From an uncultured Solirubrobacterales bacterium (GTDB lineage: Bacteria; Actinomycetota; Thermoleophilia; Solirubrobacterales; Solirubrobacteraceae), in NCBI GenBank assembly GCA_963764655.1, contig CAVXTI010000001.1, forward strand, positions 1,761,477 to 1,825,476: a stretch of 64,000 nucleotides of DNA, read 5' to 3'. The notes under the pieces were generated by a model that ran no database searches, was not told the DNA's origin, and saw nothing but the letters and a program-made list of their open reading frames with translations. A program made the position numbers and the translations under genes. Numbering within the stretch: position 1 is the stretch's first letter; each line of letters starts with the position of its first letter. Positions 45,968 to 58,644 of the stretch are shown here, piece after piece.

Positions 45968-46943
45968 GTGCGCATCCTCATCACCGGCGCGAGCGGGTTC
46001 GCGGGAGCGGCGCTGCTGCCCCGGCTGCTCGACCAAGGCCACGCGGTATGTGCGCTCGCGCGCGACGGCGCGCGCATGCGCGACGCCCTCCCGCCCAGCG
46101 GCGAGGTGAGCCTCGCCGATATCGAGCTCGTGATCGGCGACACACTCAGCGGGGCGGGCGTGCCGCGCGCGATGCGCGACGTCGAGGTCGCCTATTACCT
46201 GATCCACTCGATGGAGCCCTCCACGGGCGTGTCGTTCCCGATGCGCGAGCGGACCTCGGCGGAAACCTTCGCGCAGGCGGCGCGCGCGGCCGGCGTGGGA
46301 CGCATCGTGTACCTCGGCGGCCTGCTCCCGCGCGAACATGGCACAGCGGAAGCGCAGGAGGGCCGCGGTCAACCCTCGGCCCACCTGTCGAGCAGGCATG
46401 CGGTCGAGCGCATCCTGCTCGAGACCGTCCCGGGCTCGGTCGCGTTGCGCGCCTCGATCGTGATCGGCGCGCGCTCGCGCTCGTTCCGATTTCTCGTGCG
46501 CCTCGTCGAGCGCATGCCAGTGCTGGCGCTGCCCGCGTGGCGTCACTTTCGCACCCAACCGATCGACGAGCGTGACATCGTCGAGATGCTTGCCTCGTGC
46601 GCCACGACCACGGCGGTAGAGGGCCGCTCGCTCGACGTCGGCGGCCCCGACGTGCTCAGCTACGGCCAGATGATCGAGCGCATAGCAGAGCTGATGATGC
46701 TCGCCCGCCCGAGCATCGGGCTCGGGGTGACAGTCACGCCGATCGCCGCCCGCCTGGCGGCCATCCTCGCCGACGAGCAGCCGGAGCTGATACTCCCGCT
46801 GATGGAAGGGCTGAACGGTGACCTGCTGCCGAGGGACGACCAGGCCGCGGAGATCCTGGCCGTGGAGATGCACTCATTTGACTCAGCCGTCGAGCACGCT
46901 CTGTACGAGTGGGAAAAGGTGGAGGAGCTGGCGGCACGATGGA
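45968..46943 (+). CDS. NAD(P)-binding atypical SDR (YbjT/NmrA-like)
   Basis: ILITGASGFAG, YYLIHSM, HLSSRHAVE, TQPI; stop inferred (CGATGGAGC probably ATGA plus an extra G). Confidence 0.85.
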
Positions 46944-47387
46944 GCACCGTCGCCGCCTCGATCGAGATCGCCGCCGCGCCAAGCGGCGATTTGGGACACG
47001 GTGATGGACCCGGCGCGGCTCGACGACTGGGTCACGATTCACCGCAAGCTGCGCGACCACGACGAGGGCGCGCCGCGCGTCGGCTACCGCATGGACCAGC
47101 AGATCCACCTGAGAGGAGTCAGCGTCGATGTTCATTGGATACTGGTGGAATGCGTGGCTGGCGAGCGCGCCGTCTGGGAGGGACGCGGCCCGGCCCGCTC
47201 ACGCGCACGCACGGAGTACGCGCTGCAGCCGGCTTCGAATGGCTCCACGCGCTTTGACTACCGCAACGAGTTCCACGCGCCACTCGGTCCACTCGGCGCC
47301 CTTGCCAGCCGGGCGCTCGTGGGTGGAATGCCCGAGCGCGAGGCCACCCGCACGCTCGACCGTCTGCGCGCTTTGATCGAGCACTGA
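46939..47387 (+). CDS. SRPBCC/polyketide-cyclase family protein (frameshifted start)
   Basis: (M)STVAASIEIAA..AIWDTVMDPARLDDW...TLDRLRALIE. Confidence 0.8.
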
Positions 47388-47565
47388 CACAAGCGCCGAT
47401 CACACGTAGGCGAAATCAGACCCATTTGGCCACGCGGTAATTCGCTTGCAGGTCGCGATGACATGTGCGACAGACGAGCGCGGCAAGTTGTGTAGAGTGA
47501 AGCGCAAAGACCGTGCTGACCCGAATCGTCGGGCTGCATTCACCCCAGTGAACAGGACACATATC

Positions 47566-48176
47566 GTGACTGACTTTCTTGACGAGAAGCGCCGAGAGAT
47601 AAACGACCGACTGGCGGAGCTCAAGCCGCTGATCGACGAGTACAATCGCCTGGAAGCCGCGGCGACGGCACTGTGCGGGTGTTCGTGGATCGGCTTCCGG
47701 CTTCCCGCGCAGCCGCTCCCGCCGCCGCGCCAGCTCGACGCGGACCGGGTCGCCCGCGCGGGTCGAAGAGTCGCACGACACCGGCACCAAACGACGCGGT
47801 CGTCCGCCGGGAGCAAGGCGAAGGCCAAGGCCGAGACGGCCACGGCCACTACCGCAACCGACCCGCCGCCAAGGCCGCACCCCGCCGTGCGGGCCGTCGC
47901 AAGGGCAGCGGCACGCGCGCCGCGCAGGCCCTCTCATTCGTGAGCGGACAGCCCGGCATCACGATCCCCGAGCTGGCCGCCAAGATGGGGATCAAGCAGA
48001 ACTACCTGTACCGCGTGCTCCCCGGCCTCGAGCAGGAAAAGAAGATCAAGAAGCAGGGCAGAGGTTGGCATCCAGTCCTAGCCGTGTCCTGGCGGCGCTC
48101 GACGCTTATGTGCTTAGCACACTGCGCGGTCTGGGTCCTGGCCAGGAACGACGATCCGTCGGACTGGCCAGGATGA
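47566..48176 (+). CDS. Putative DNA-binding/nucleoid-associated protein: coiled coil, basic linker, winged HTH (frameshifted; true stop perhaps ~48081)
   Basis: MTDFLDEKRREINDRLAELKPLIDEYNRLEAA; RRGPGRPRGSK; PGITIPELAAKMGIKQNYLYRVL..L...KIKKQGRGW. Confidence 0.75.
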
Positions 48177-48197
48177 CGAGGCAGTCGTGGTACACGA

Positions 48198-48229
48198 AAC
48201 GGCCGGGTCTCGCATGCGACCCGGCCGTT
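48198..48229. terminator. Hairpin terminator between convergent genes
   Basis: AACGGCCGGGTC-8nt-GACCCGGCCGTT. Confidence 0.75.
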
Positions 48230-48247
48230 ACTCGTTAAGGGGTCCTT

Positions 48248-50462
<2,215 letters not shown>

Positions 50463-50593
50463 GTGTCGGTCCTCTGGTAGCTGAAGCGTTGCGGGCTCAT
50501 CCGGCTCGGGATACGAGCTTTCGATGGGCGCCGCGGGGGGAGATGCGCCCACCCGCGCGGCGATGCTATCGCGGAGGGGTAACCTTTCGGGTG

Positions 50594-52307
50594 ATGGCCA
50601 CCGTCTCACAGTCAGCGAGCCCCAGCGCCCAGTGGCAGACGCACACTGTCGCCAACCAGGCGCCCCCGCTCGAGGGCGTGGACGTGTTCGCGAGCAACAC
50701 CCCGCTCGTCGAGGCCACGCGGCGCGAGGGCGCCGAGTGGGTCTGCCAGCGCGCCTCAGCGCTCGGCACGATCGTCGGCGGCGAGCCGCAGCAGCTGTGG
50801 GGTCGCCTGGCAAACGAGAACAAGCCGGTCTTGCGCACGCACGATCGCTACGGCAACCGTATCGACGAGGTCGAGTTCCACCCGGCTTGGCACAAGCTGA
50901 TGAAGTTGGGCGTCGAGCACGAACTGCACGCGCTGCCGTGGCGCAGCGAGCAGCCGGCGTCACACGCCGCGCGCGCGGCGCTTTACATGACCGCGATGCA
51001 GGCCGAGGCGGGCTTCTGCTGCCCGATCACGATGACCTTCGCGGTGCTGCCCGCGCTGCGCGCCCAGCCGGAGCTGTTGGCCGAGTGGGGACCGCTCGTG
51101 ACGGCCACCAAGTATGACCCGCGACTCGTGCCCGCGAGCGAGAAGGGCTCGGCGATCGCGGGCATGGCGATGACAGAGAAGCAGGGCGGCTCGGACGTGA
51201 AAGCCAACACAACCATCGCCCAACCGCTGAACGGCGGCGGGCCGGGGGCCGAGTACGAGCTCACCGGGCACAAGTGGTTCTGCTCGGCGCCGATGTCCGA
51301 CCTGTTCCTGGTGCTCGCGCAGACCGACGAAGGCCTGTCCTGCTTCCTGCTGCCGCGCATCCTGCCCGACGGAAGCCGCAACGCATTTCACATCCAGCGG
51401 CTGAAGGACAAGCTCGGCAATCACTCCAACGCCTCCAGCGAGGTCGAATTCCACGGCGCGTGGGCGCGGATGGTGGGCGAGCCGGGACGCGGTGTGCCGA
51501 CGATCATCGAGATGGTCGGCCACACGCGCCTGGACTGCGTGATCGGCGGCGCCGCCGGGATGCGGGCGGGAGTGGTCAACGCCACCCATCACGCCGCTCA
51601 CCGCTCCGCGTTCGGCAAGCTGCTGATCGACCAGCCGCTGATGCGCAACGTGTTGGCCGACTTGTGCGTGGAGTCTGAGGCGGCCACGGCGCTCGCGATG
51701 CGCTTGGCGCGCGCCTACGACGAAGCCGGCGCAGAGGCGCCCGCCTCCGGCGACGACGATCTCAGCGACGCCCACCTGTTCAAGCGCCTGGCCACGGCCG
51801 TCGGCAAGTACTGGGTGTGCAAGCGCGCCCCCAATCACGCATTCGAGTCGTTGGAGTGCCTCGGCGGCAACGGCTACGTCGAGGAGTCGGGCATGCCGCG
51901 CCTGTACCGCGAGGCGCCGCTCGCCTCGATCTGGGAGGGGTCGGGCAACGTCATGAGCCTCGACGTGCTGCGCGCACTCGTGCGCACGCCGCGCTCGCTC
52001 GAGGTGTTTATGCACGAGCTGCGGGAGGCGCAGGGCGCCGATGCGCGCCTGGATGCAGCACGTGCAAAAGCTCGAGCGACAGTTCTCGGATCCCGAGACG
52101 CTCGAGCTGCGCGCGCGCAGGATCGTGGAGAGCATGGCTTTGGCGCTACAGGGATCGCTGCTCGTGCGCCACGCCCCACCTGCCGTGGCCGATGCGTTCT
52201 GCGCTTCGCGCCTCGGCGACGACGGCGGCCTCGAGTACGGCACGCTTCCCGCGGGAAGCGACTGCAAGGCGATCATCGAGCGCAGCCGCCCGCCGGTCAA
52301 CGTATAG
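50594..52307 (+). CDS. AidB-like acyl-CoA dehydrogenase (frameshift ~52060)
   Basis: [43 protein letters not shown]. Confidence 0.92.
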
Positions 52308-52425
52308 GCACTTTCAAATTCGTGATGGCATTTGCGATTCGTATATGCCTTCGCAGCTTTAGACAAACAGCACAACCTACGTTCCTCCAGCCTGCCTGAG
52401 CACTCAGACGGCCTAAGATCAATAC

Positions 52426-53599
52426 ATGGCCACAAGAGCACCGATGCAGTCCCGCGGCAGCATCCAGCTGGCGCGCATCTTCGGCATCAGGGTCGGCGTC
52501 AGCGCGAGCTGGTTCCTGGTCCTGTTCTTCCTGATCTTCTTCCTGTCGCAGTACTTCCACGAAGTGCTGGGCGGCTCGAGCAGCACTGCGTACGCAGTCG
52601 CCGTAGGCGGCGCGCTCGGCTACTTCGCCTCGCTGATCCTGCACGAGCTGGGGCACGCGCTGGTCTCGCGCCGGCTGGGAATCCCGATCCTCGGGATCGA
52701 CCTGTGGTTCTTCGGCGGGATGGCCAAGCCCGCGCGCGAACCGGAGACGCCGGGCGAGGAATTCAAGATCTCCGCCGCGGGGCCCGCCGCGACACTGGCG
52801 GTGCTGGTGGCTTGCGTCGCCGCGACCGCCGCGATCGCCAGCGGAGGCCATTTCACCGACGCGGTGCTGACGCGCGAAGGCTTCACCACCACGCCGGTGC
52901 TCGCGCTGCTCGCGTGGCTCGCCTTCATCAACGCGGCGCTGCTGCTGTTCAACCTGGTGCCCGCCTTTCCGCTCGACGGCGGGCGGATCGCTCGGGCGGC
53001 GATCTGGTGGCGCACCGGTGACCGCCATCGCGGCACGCGTATCACCGGCCGCGCCGGCCAGGTCTTCGCGCTGGTGCTCGGCCTCCTCGGGCTGCTCGCC
53101 CTGGTCGGCGGCAACAGCTTCGGCCTGTTCACGCTGCTGCTCGGGCTGATCCTCTACCAGGCCTCCGGCGGAGCGGTGATGCAGGGCGCGCTCGGCCAGC
53201 GCATACAGAGCGTGCGGGTGGCGGACATCATGGACCGCGAGCCGCCCACGATGCTTGCCGAGCTGAAGCTGCTCGACGCACAGGAGCAGTTCTTCGCACG
53301 CTACAGGCGCCCATGGTTCGCGGTAGTCGACCAGGCGCGTCACTTCCTGGGGGTGGTGCGCTCAGAGCGGATCGACGCGGAGATCGCGGCGGGGCGCCCG
53401 GCGCTCGAGGTTGGCGACGTGCTCGAGCAGGATCTGTCGGTGCGCATCGACGAGCAGGAACCGCTCGGAGTCGCTGCTGCGCAGCGAGGGTCTTGGCAGA
53501 CTCGGCGGGATGGTCGCGGTCGACGCCGACGGCGTCTTGCGCGGCATCGTGACGGTCGCCCAGATCCGCCAAGCCCTCAACCCGGCGGGCGGGTCTTAG
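52426..53599 (+). CDS. Site-2 protease (M50) with CBS-like C-terminus (frameshift ~53470 fuses the ORF to sdhA)
   Basis: HELGH, NLVPAFPLDGG; alternate frame ends AVDADGVLRGIVT..*. Confidence 0.9.
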
Positions 53600-53664
53600 C
53601 ACCGCCCCGCGTTATAGAGTCCCGCGCGACACACCGTCCTCCTCCTCCAAGCCTTCAGGGAGCC

Positions 53665-55356
53665 ATGCCAGCACACGACGTCTTGATCATCGGCGCAGGT
53701 CTCGCGGGCCAGCGTGCCGCGCTCGCCGCCGCACAGGCCGGCTCGAGCGTTGCGATCGTGAGCAAGGTCCACCCGGTGCGCTCGCACTCCGTCGCGGCAG
53801 CCGGCGGCATCAACGCAGCGATCAACGTGGCCGACGACTGGAAATCGCACGCGTACGACACTGTCAAGGGCTCGGACTTCCTGGGCGACCAGGACGCGAT
53901 CGAGATCATGTGCTCGGAGGCTCCGAAGGAGGTCATGCACCTAGAGCACATGGGCGTGACCTTCCACCGCAACGACTCCGGCGAACTGGACCTGAGGGCG
54001 TTCGGCGGCGCCTCGATGAAGCGCACCGCCTACGTCGCCGACATAACGGGGCAGGCGATACTGCACGTGCTCTACGAGCAGCTGATGAAGCACCACGAGC
54101 AGATCGAGCGCTACGAGGAGTGGTTCGTGACCTCGCTCTTGCGGGACGACGCTGGGCGCTGTTGCGGCGTCGTCGCGCGCGACGTGCGCTCGGGGCGTAT
54201 GGAGGTGCTGGGAGCGAAGAACACGATCCTCGCGTGTGGCGGGGCGGGCCAGGTGTACAGCCCAACCACGAACGCGTTGATCGTGACCGGCGACGGGATC
54301 GCCCAGGCGTATCGCATCGGCGCGCCGCTGATGGACATGGAGATGGTCCAGTACCACCCGACCACCTTGGTGGAGAACGGCTTGCTGATCACCGAGGGCG
54401 CCCGCGGCGAGGGCGCGGTCCTACTGAACTCCGAGGGCGAGCGCTTCATGGAGAAGTACGCGCCCAACAAGATGGAGCTCGCCTCGCGCGACGTGGTGTC
54501 AAGGGCCGAGCAGACCGAGATCCTCGAGGGGCGCGGCGTGGGGGCCCACGGCGAGGGCATCTATCTCGACATCACGATGGTGCCGCGCAAGCGCACATTG
54601 GAGGCGCTGCGCGAGATCGTCAACATCGGCAAGGACTTCGCCGGCGTGGACATCACGCGCGAGCCGATCATGATCCGCCCGGGCCAGCACTACATCATGG
54701 GCGGCGTGAAGACCGACATCAACGGCGCCACCTCGGTCGAGGGGCTGTACGCCGCCGGCGAGGTGGCGTGCGTGTCCGTGCACGGCGGCAACAGGCTCGG
54801 CGCCAACTCGCTGCTCGACACGCTGATCTTCGGACGCCGCGCCGGCGAGCACGCGGCGGCGCGCGCCTCCTCGATGGCGATGCCCGACACGACCGACGCC
54901 CAGCTGCGCGAGGACGTCAAGACGATCGACGCAATCGTCGCCAGGCCGCGCACGGGACGCCGCGTGTCGGAGATCAAGCAAGAGCTGGGCGAGACGATGA
55001 ACCAGTACGTGGCCGTGTACCGCGACCAGCAGGGCCTCGAGCAGGCGCACGAGATCGTCAAGCGCCTGCAGGGGGAGGCCGAGAGCGCCTACATCGACGA
55101 CAAAGGCACGGTTTTCAACCAGGACGTGCTCGGCGCGCTCGAGCTCGGCTACATGCTCGACTGCGCCGAGGCGATCGTGGTGGCGGCGATCGAGCGCAAG
55201 GAGTCGCGCGGCGCACAGTTCAGGACCGACTTCCCCGAGCGCAACGACGGAGAGTGGCTCAAGCACATCGACATCAGCCTCAACGGGGGCGATCCGCTGG
55301 TGAGCTATTCGCCCGTGACAATCACGCAATGGCAGCCTGAGGAGCGGAAATACTGA
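53665..55356 (+). CDS. sdhA: Succinate dehydrogenase/fumarate reductase flavoprotein
   Basis: IIGAGLAG, RSHSVAAAGG, QYHPT, TEGARGEG, HYIMGG, HGGNRLGANSL, ESRGA. Confidence 0.95.
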   Translation: MPAHDVLIIGAGLAGQRAALAAAQAGSSVAIVSKVHPVRSHSVAAAGGINAAINVADDWKSHAYDTVKGSDFLGDQDAIEIMCSEAPKEVMHLEHMGVTFHRNDSGELDLRAFGGASMKRTAYVADITGQAILHVLYEQLMKHHEQIERYEEWFVTSLLRDDAGRCCGVVARDVRSGRMEVLGAKNTILACGGAGQVYSPTTNALIVTGDGIAQAYRIGAPLMDMEMVQYHPTTLVENGLLITEGARGEGAVLLNSEGERFMEKYAPNKMELASRDVVSRAEQTEILEGRGVGAHGEGIYLDITMVPRKRTLEALREIVNIGKDFAGVDITREPIMIRPGQHYIMGGVKTDINGATSVEGLYAAGEVACVSVHGGNRLGANSLLDTLIFGRRAGEHAAARASSMAMPDTTDAQLREDVKTIDAIVARPRTGRRVSEIKQELGETMNQYVAVYRDQQGLEQAHEIVKRLQGEAESAYIDDKGTVFNQDVLGALELGYMLDCAEAIVVAAIERKESRGAQFRTDFPERNDGEWLKHIDISLNGGDPLVSYSPVTITQWQPEERKY

Positions 55357-55463
55357 TGGTCCTCACAGCAGCCACCGGAACCGCCTCAAGAGAGAGTCAC
55401 CTGAGAGAAGGAGCGCGCCTGATGGCTCGCGAGCACCGCCCCAACAAGAAGGAGCGCGCCTGA
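55356..55463 (+). other. 35-codon bridging mini-ORF containing a duplicated RBS/start cassette
   Basis: TGATG overlaps at both ends; AGAAGGAGCGCGCCTGATGGC at 55406-55426 and 55447-55467. Confidence 0.55.
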
Positions 55464-56620
55464 TGGCCGAGACACACAAGCCGCCGGAGCAGTTCACGCT
55501 GCGCATGCGCCGCTACGACCCCGAGTCGGGCGAGGCGCCCTACTGGGACGAGCACACGATCGAGCTTGAGCCCCACCGCTCGGTGCTCGAGGGGATCCTC
55601 CAAGCGAAGGCGAGATTCGACGGCTCGATCGGGATCCGCTGCTCCTGCAGAGCCGCGATCTGCGGCTCGTGCGGGGTGCGCATCAACGGCGAGCCGGGGC
55701 TTGCCTGCCACACCCACCTCGACCATGCGCGCGCGTCCTCCAAGGACGGCGTGATCGAGGTCGAGCCGATGGGCAACATGCCTGTGATCAAGGACATGAT
55801 CGTCGACATGGACGCGGTGCACTGGAAGAAGGTGAAGCGCGTCACGCCGTGGCTGATCAACGAGGGCCCGCAGCCCGAGCGCGAGCACATCGTGCCACGC
55901 GAGTCGATGGTCGACGTGACGCAGACGATGGCTTGCATCCAGTGCGGGGCGTGCGTGTCGGACTGCCTGGCGATGGAGGTCGACCCTGGCTTCATCGGGC
56001 CGGCGGCGCTCGCCAAGGCCTACCGCTTCGTCGGTGACCCGCGCGACGAAGAGCAGCGCGAGCGCTTGGTCGACCTGTCGCAGGACCCACAGGGGATCTA
56101 CGACTGCACGCACTGCTTCAAGTGCGTGGATGCGTGCCCCAAGGACGTCAACCCGATGGGCCAGATCATGCGGCTGCGGCGGATCGCGGGAAGCGACCAG
56201 CACATCGTGGACCAGAACAACGGCCACCGTCACGAGGAAACGATCGCGACGCTGATCAAGGACTACGGCCTCTTGCACGAGGCGGAGATGCTGCCGCGCT
56301 CCTACGGCGGCAACTCGTGGTTTGGCAAGTTCCACCCCGCCGCCGGCAAGGAGCTCTTGAGCTCGCTGCCGGTCGTCATACGCGGGGTGATGAAACGCAA
56401 GGTGAGCCTGAAGATCGCGGTGTTCGGCCACAGCATCCCCAAGCAGGACCTGAAGGCTGTGAAGAAAATCTACGAGAAGGTCGAGGGCAAGCCTGAGCGC
56501 TACGAGCTGAACCTGTATGTGAGCGGCGAGGACGAAGAGGCAGAGGCAGAGCGGACGCCCGTTGGGGTGGCCACCGGCGAGAGCGCCTCGACAGAGTCCA
56601 CGGAAGGGAGCGCCCAGTGA
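55463..56620 (+). CDS. sdhB: Succinate dehydrogenase Fe-S subunit with C-terminal extension
   Basis: SCRAAICGSC, CIQCGACVSDC, CTHCFKCVDACP. Confidence 0.93.
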   Translation: MAETHKPPEQFTLRMRRYDPESGEAPYWDEHTIELEPHRSVLEGILQAKARFDGSIGIRCSCRAAICGSCGVRINGEPGLACHTHLDHARASSKDGVIEVEPMGNMPVIKDMIVDMDAVHWKKVKRVTPWLINEGPQPEREHIVPRESMVDVTQTMACIQCGACVSDCLAMEVDPGFIGPAALAKAYRFVGDPRDEEQRERLVDLSQDPQGIYDCTHCFKCVDACPKDVNPMGQIMRLRRIAGSDQHIVDQNNGHRHEETIATLIKDYGLLHEAEMLPRSYGGNSWFGKFHPAAGKELLSSLPVVIRGVMKRKVSLKIAVFGHSIPKQDLKAVKKIYEKVEGKPERYELNLYVSGEDEEAEAERTPVGVATGESASTESTEGSAQ

Positions 56621-57522
56621 AGGTCGCCTACTGGCCCGGCTGCGTCAGCAGGGGCTTCACTCCAGAGCTACACGGCTCGATGGCCAAGGTCGCGCCGCTG
56701 CTGGACATCGAGCTGGTCGAGCTCGAGCGAGCGAACTGCACGGGTTGCGGGGTCATCGCCGAGCACAACCAGGAGCTGGCCGACACGCTCAACGCGCGCA
56801 CGTTCGCGCTCGCCCAGCAAGTGCAGGGCGCCGAGCTGATGATGAACATCTGCTCCACCTGCCAAGGCGCCCAGAGCGAGTGCCAGGAGCGCCTCGACGC
56901 CAACGCCGAGTACCGCGCGCACGTGAACTCCACGCTCTCAGACGAGGGCCTGACCTATGAAAGTGGACTTACAACAAACAAGAACTTCCTGTGGCTCCTG
57001 GTCGAGGAGATCGGCTTGGAGAAGCTCAAATCGATGGTCAAGCGTCCGCTGACGAACCTTAAGGTGGGCCCCTTCTACGGCTGCTACATCGTCCGCCCAC
57101 GCAACCGCCTGGGCATCGACGAGGAGCACCCGCGCGACCGCTACTTGGAGCAGCTGATCGAGGCGCTTGGTGGCGCCGTGATCGAGTACGCGGGGATGCG
57201 CAAGTGCTGCGGCTTCCCGATCATCACGATGAACAAGGAGGCGTCGCTCAAGCAGGCCGGCCGCCACCTCGGCGACGCCGTCGACGCCGAGGCCGATTGC
57301 CTGGTGACCCCGTGTCCGCTGTGCCACCTCAACCTCGACATGCAGCAGCCGCTGGCCGAGAAAGTGGTGGGCAGGGAGCTGCGGATGCCTGTCCTTCACC
57401 TTCCCCAGCTCGTCGGGCTCGCACTCGGATTGGAGCCAAAGGAGCTCGGCCTATCCCGCCATGTGGTGCGACCGACATCGGTTATTGACTGGTCGACTTC
57501 AGTCGTGGGCGCAGCTGCATAA
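56617..57522 (+). CDS. CCG-domain subunit (HdrB/type-E Sdh anchor-like)
   Basis: YWPGC..CTG..CSTC and FYGC..CCG..PCPLC. Confidence 0.9.
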   Translation: MKVAYWPGCVSRGFTPELHGSMAKVAPLLDIELVELERANCTGCGVIAEHNQELADTLNARTFALAQQVQGAELMMNICSTCQGAQSECQERLDANAEYRAHVNSTLSDEGLTYESGLTTNKNFLWLLVEEIGLEKLKSMVKRPLTNLKVGPFYGCYIVRPRNRLGIDEEHPRDRYLEQLIEALGGAVIEYAGMRKCCGFPIITMNKEASLKQAGRHLGDAVDAEADCLVTPCPLCHLNLDMQQPLAEKVVGRELRMPVLHLPQLVGLALGLEPKELGLSRHVVRPTSVIDWSTSVVGAAA

Positions 57523-57531
57523 GCTGCGTCG

Positions 57532-58644
57532 ATGCGCGTACTCACAGTTGTAGGCAACCGGCCGCAGTTCATCAAGGCGGCAGCGGTCTCGGGGCCGTTG
57601 CGCGCCGAGCACGAGGAGATCCTCGTGCACACGGGCCAGCATTACGACGATGCTCTCTCGAAGGTGTTCTTCTCAGAGCTGGGGCTCTGCGCTCCGGAGC
57701 GTGAGCTTGGGATCGGGGGTGGCTCCAACACCTCGCAGACAGCGCGCATGCTCGCCGCGCTCGAGCCGCTGCTCGCGGAGACAGAGCCCGACGCGGTGCT
57801 CGTGTATGGCGATACCAACTCGACGCTCGCCGGCGCGCTCGCCGGCGCCCAGCGCGGCGTGGCGGTCGTACACGTGGAGGCGGGCATGCGCTCCTTCGAC
57901 AGCTCGATGCCCGAGGAGCTCAACCGCGTGCTGTGCGACCACATGAGCGAGCTGCTGTTGTGCTCTTCTGAGACGTCGGCCGAGAACCTGCGCAGGGAGT
58001 CGGCGCGAGGGCGGATCGAGGTGGTCGGGGATGTGATGGTGGATGTGGCGTGCTCGTGGCGCCCCGACGCCACCGCCAGCAGCGAGGCTCTTGCCGCCTA
58101 TGACCTCGAGCCCGGCAAGTACCTCCTGCTGACAGCCCACCGCGCCGGCAATGTCGATGATCCTGAGCGCTTGCGGGCGTTCGCGGATGTCGTTGCCGCG
58201 TTGCCAGGACGCGTCATCTTCCCGGTGCACCCGCGCACACGCGCGCGTCTGCACGACGCGGGCCTGCTCTCTGAGCTCGAGCTGCTCGACAGGGTGCGGC
58301 TGTGCGACCCGCTTGGCTACATCGAGTTCGCCGCGCTCGCGCACGGCGCGCGCGCGGTGCTGACCGACTCCGGTGGCGTCCAGAAGGAGGCGTACCTTGC
58401 CGGGGTGCCCTGTATCACGCTCAGGTCCACCACCGAGTGGGTGGAGACGGTGGAGGCCGGCTGGAACGTGCTCGTCGACCTTGATGGCGGGGCCGTGCTC
58501 GCGGCGCTGGAACGACCCGTCCCTCCAAACCATCCACAGCTGTACGGTGACGGCAAAGCGGCAGAGCGTTGCGTGGGCGCGATCGGGACGCTCATACAGC
58601 GCGCGGGCACGCCGGCACGCCCAGACGAAGGCGCGTCGCGATGA
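57532..58644 (+). CDS. wecB: UDP-GlcNAc 2-epimerase (non-hydrolysing)
   Basis: VGNRPQFIK, HTGQHYD, HVEAGMRS, PEELNR, TDSGGVQKEA. Confidence 0.93.
   Translation: MRVLTVVGNRPQFIKAAAVSGPLRAEHEEILVHTGQHYDDALSKVFFSELGLCAPERELGIGGGSNTSQTARMLAALEPLLAETEPDAVLVYGDTNSTLAGALAGAQRGVAVVHVEAGMRSFDSSMPEELNRVLCDHMSELLLCSSETSAENLRRESARGRIEVVGDVMVDVACSWRPDATASSEALAAYDLEPGKYLLLTAHRAGNVDDPERLRAFADVVAALPGRVIFPVHPRTRARLHDAGLLSELELLDRVRLCDPLGYIEFAALAHGARAVLTDSGGVQKEAYLAGVPCITLRSTTEWVETVEAGWNVLVDLDGGAVLAALERPVPPNHPQLYGDGKAAERCVGAIGTLIQRAGTPARPDEGASR

Noticed and set aside
45905-47257. SDR-SRPBCC fusion
   Set aside because: CGATGGAGC is one G away from an ATGA stop/start overlap
52426-55356. 976-aa site-2 protease-SdhA fusion
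   Set aside because: The alternate frame completes the CBS domain and stops at 53599; sdhA has its own GGGAG RBS and ATG at 53665
56617-57522. Methanogen-type heterodisulfide reductase
   Set aside because: No hdrA or mvh genes; coupled to sdhAB, so an Sdh subunit is more likely
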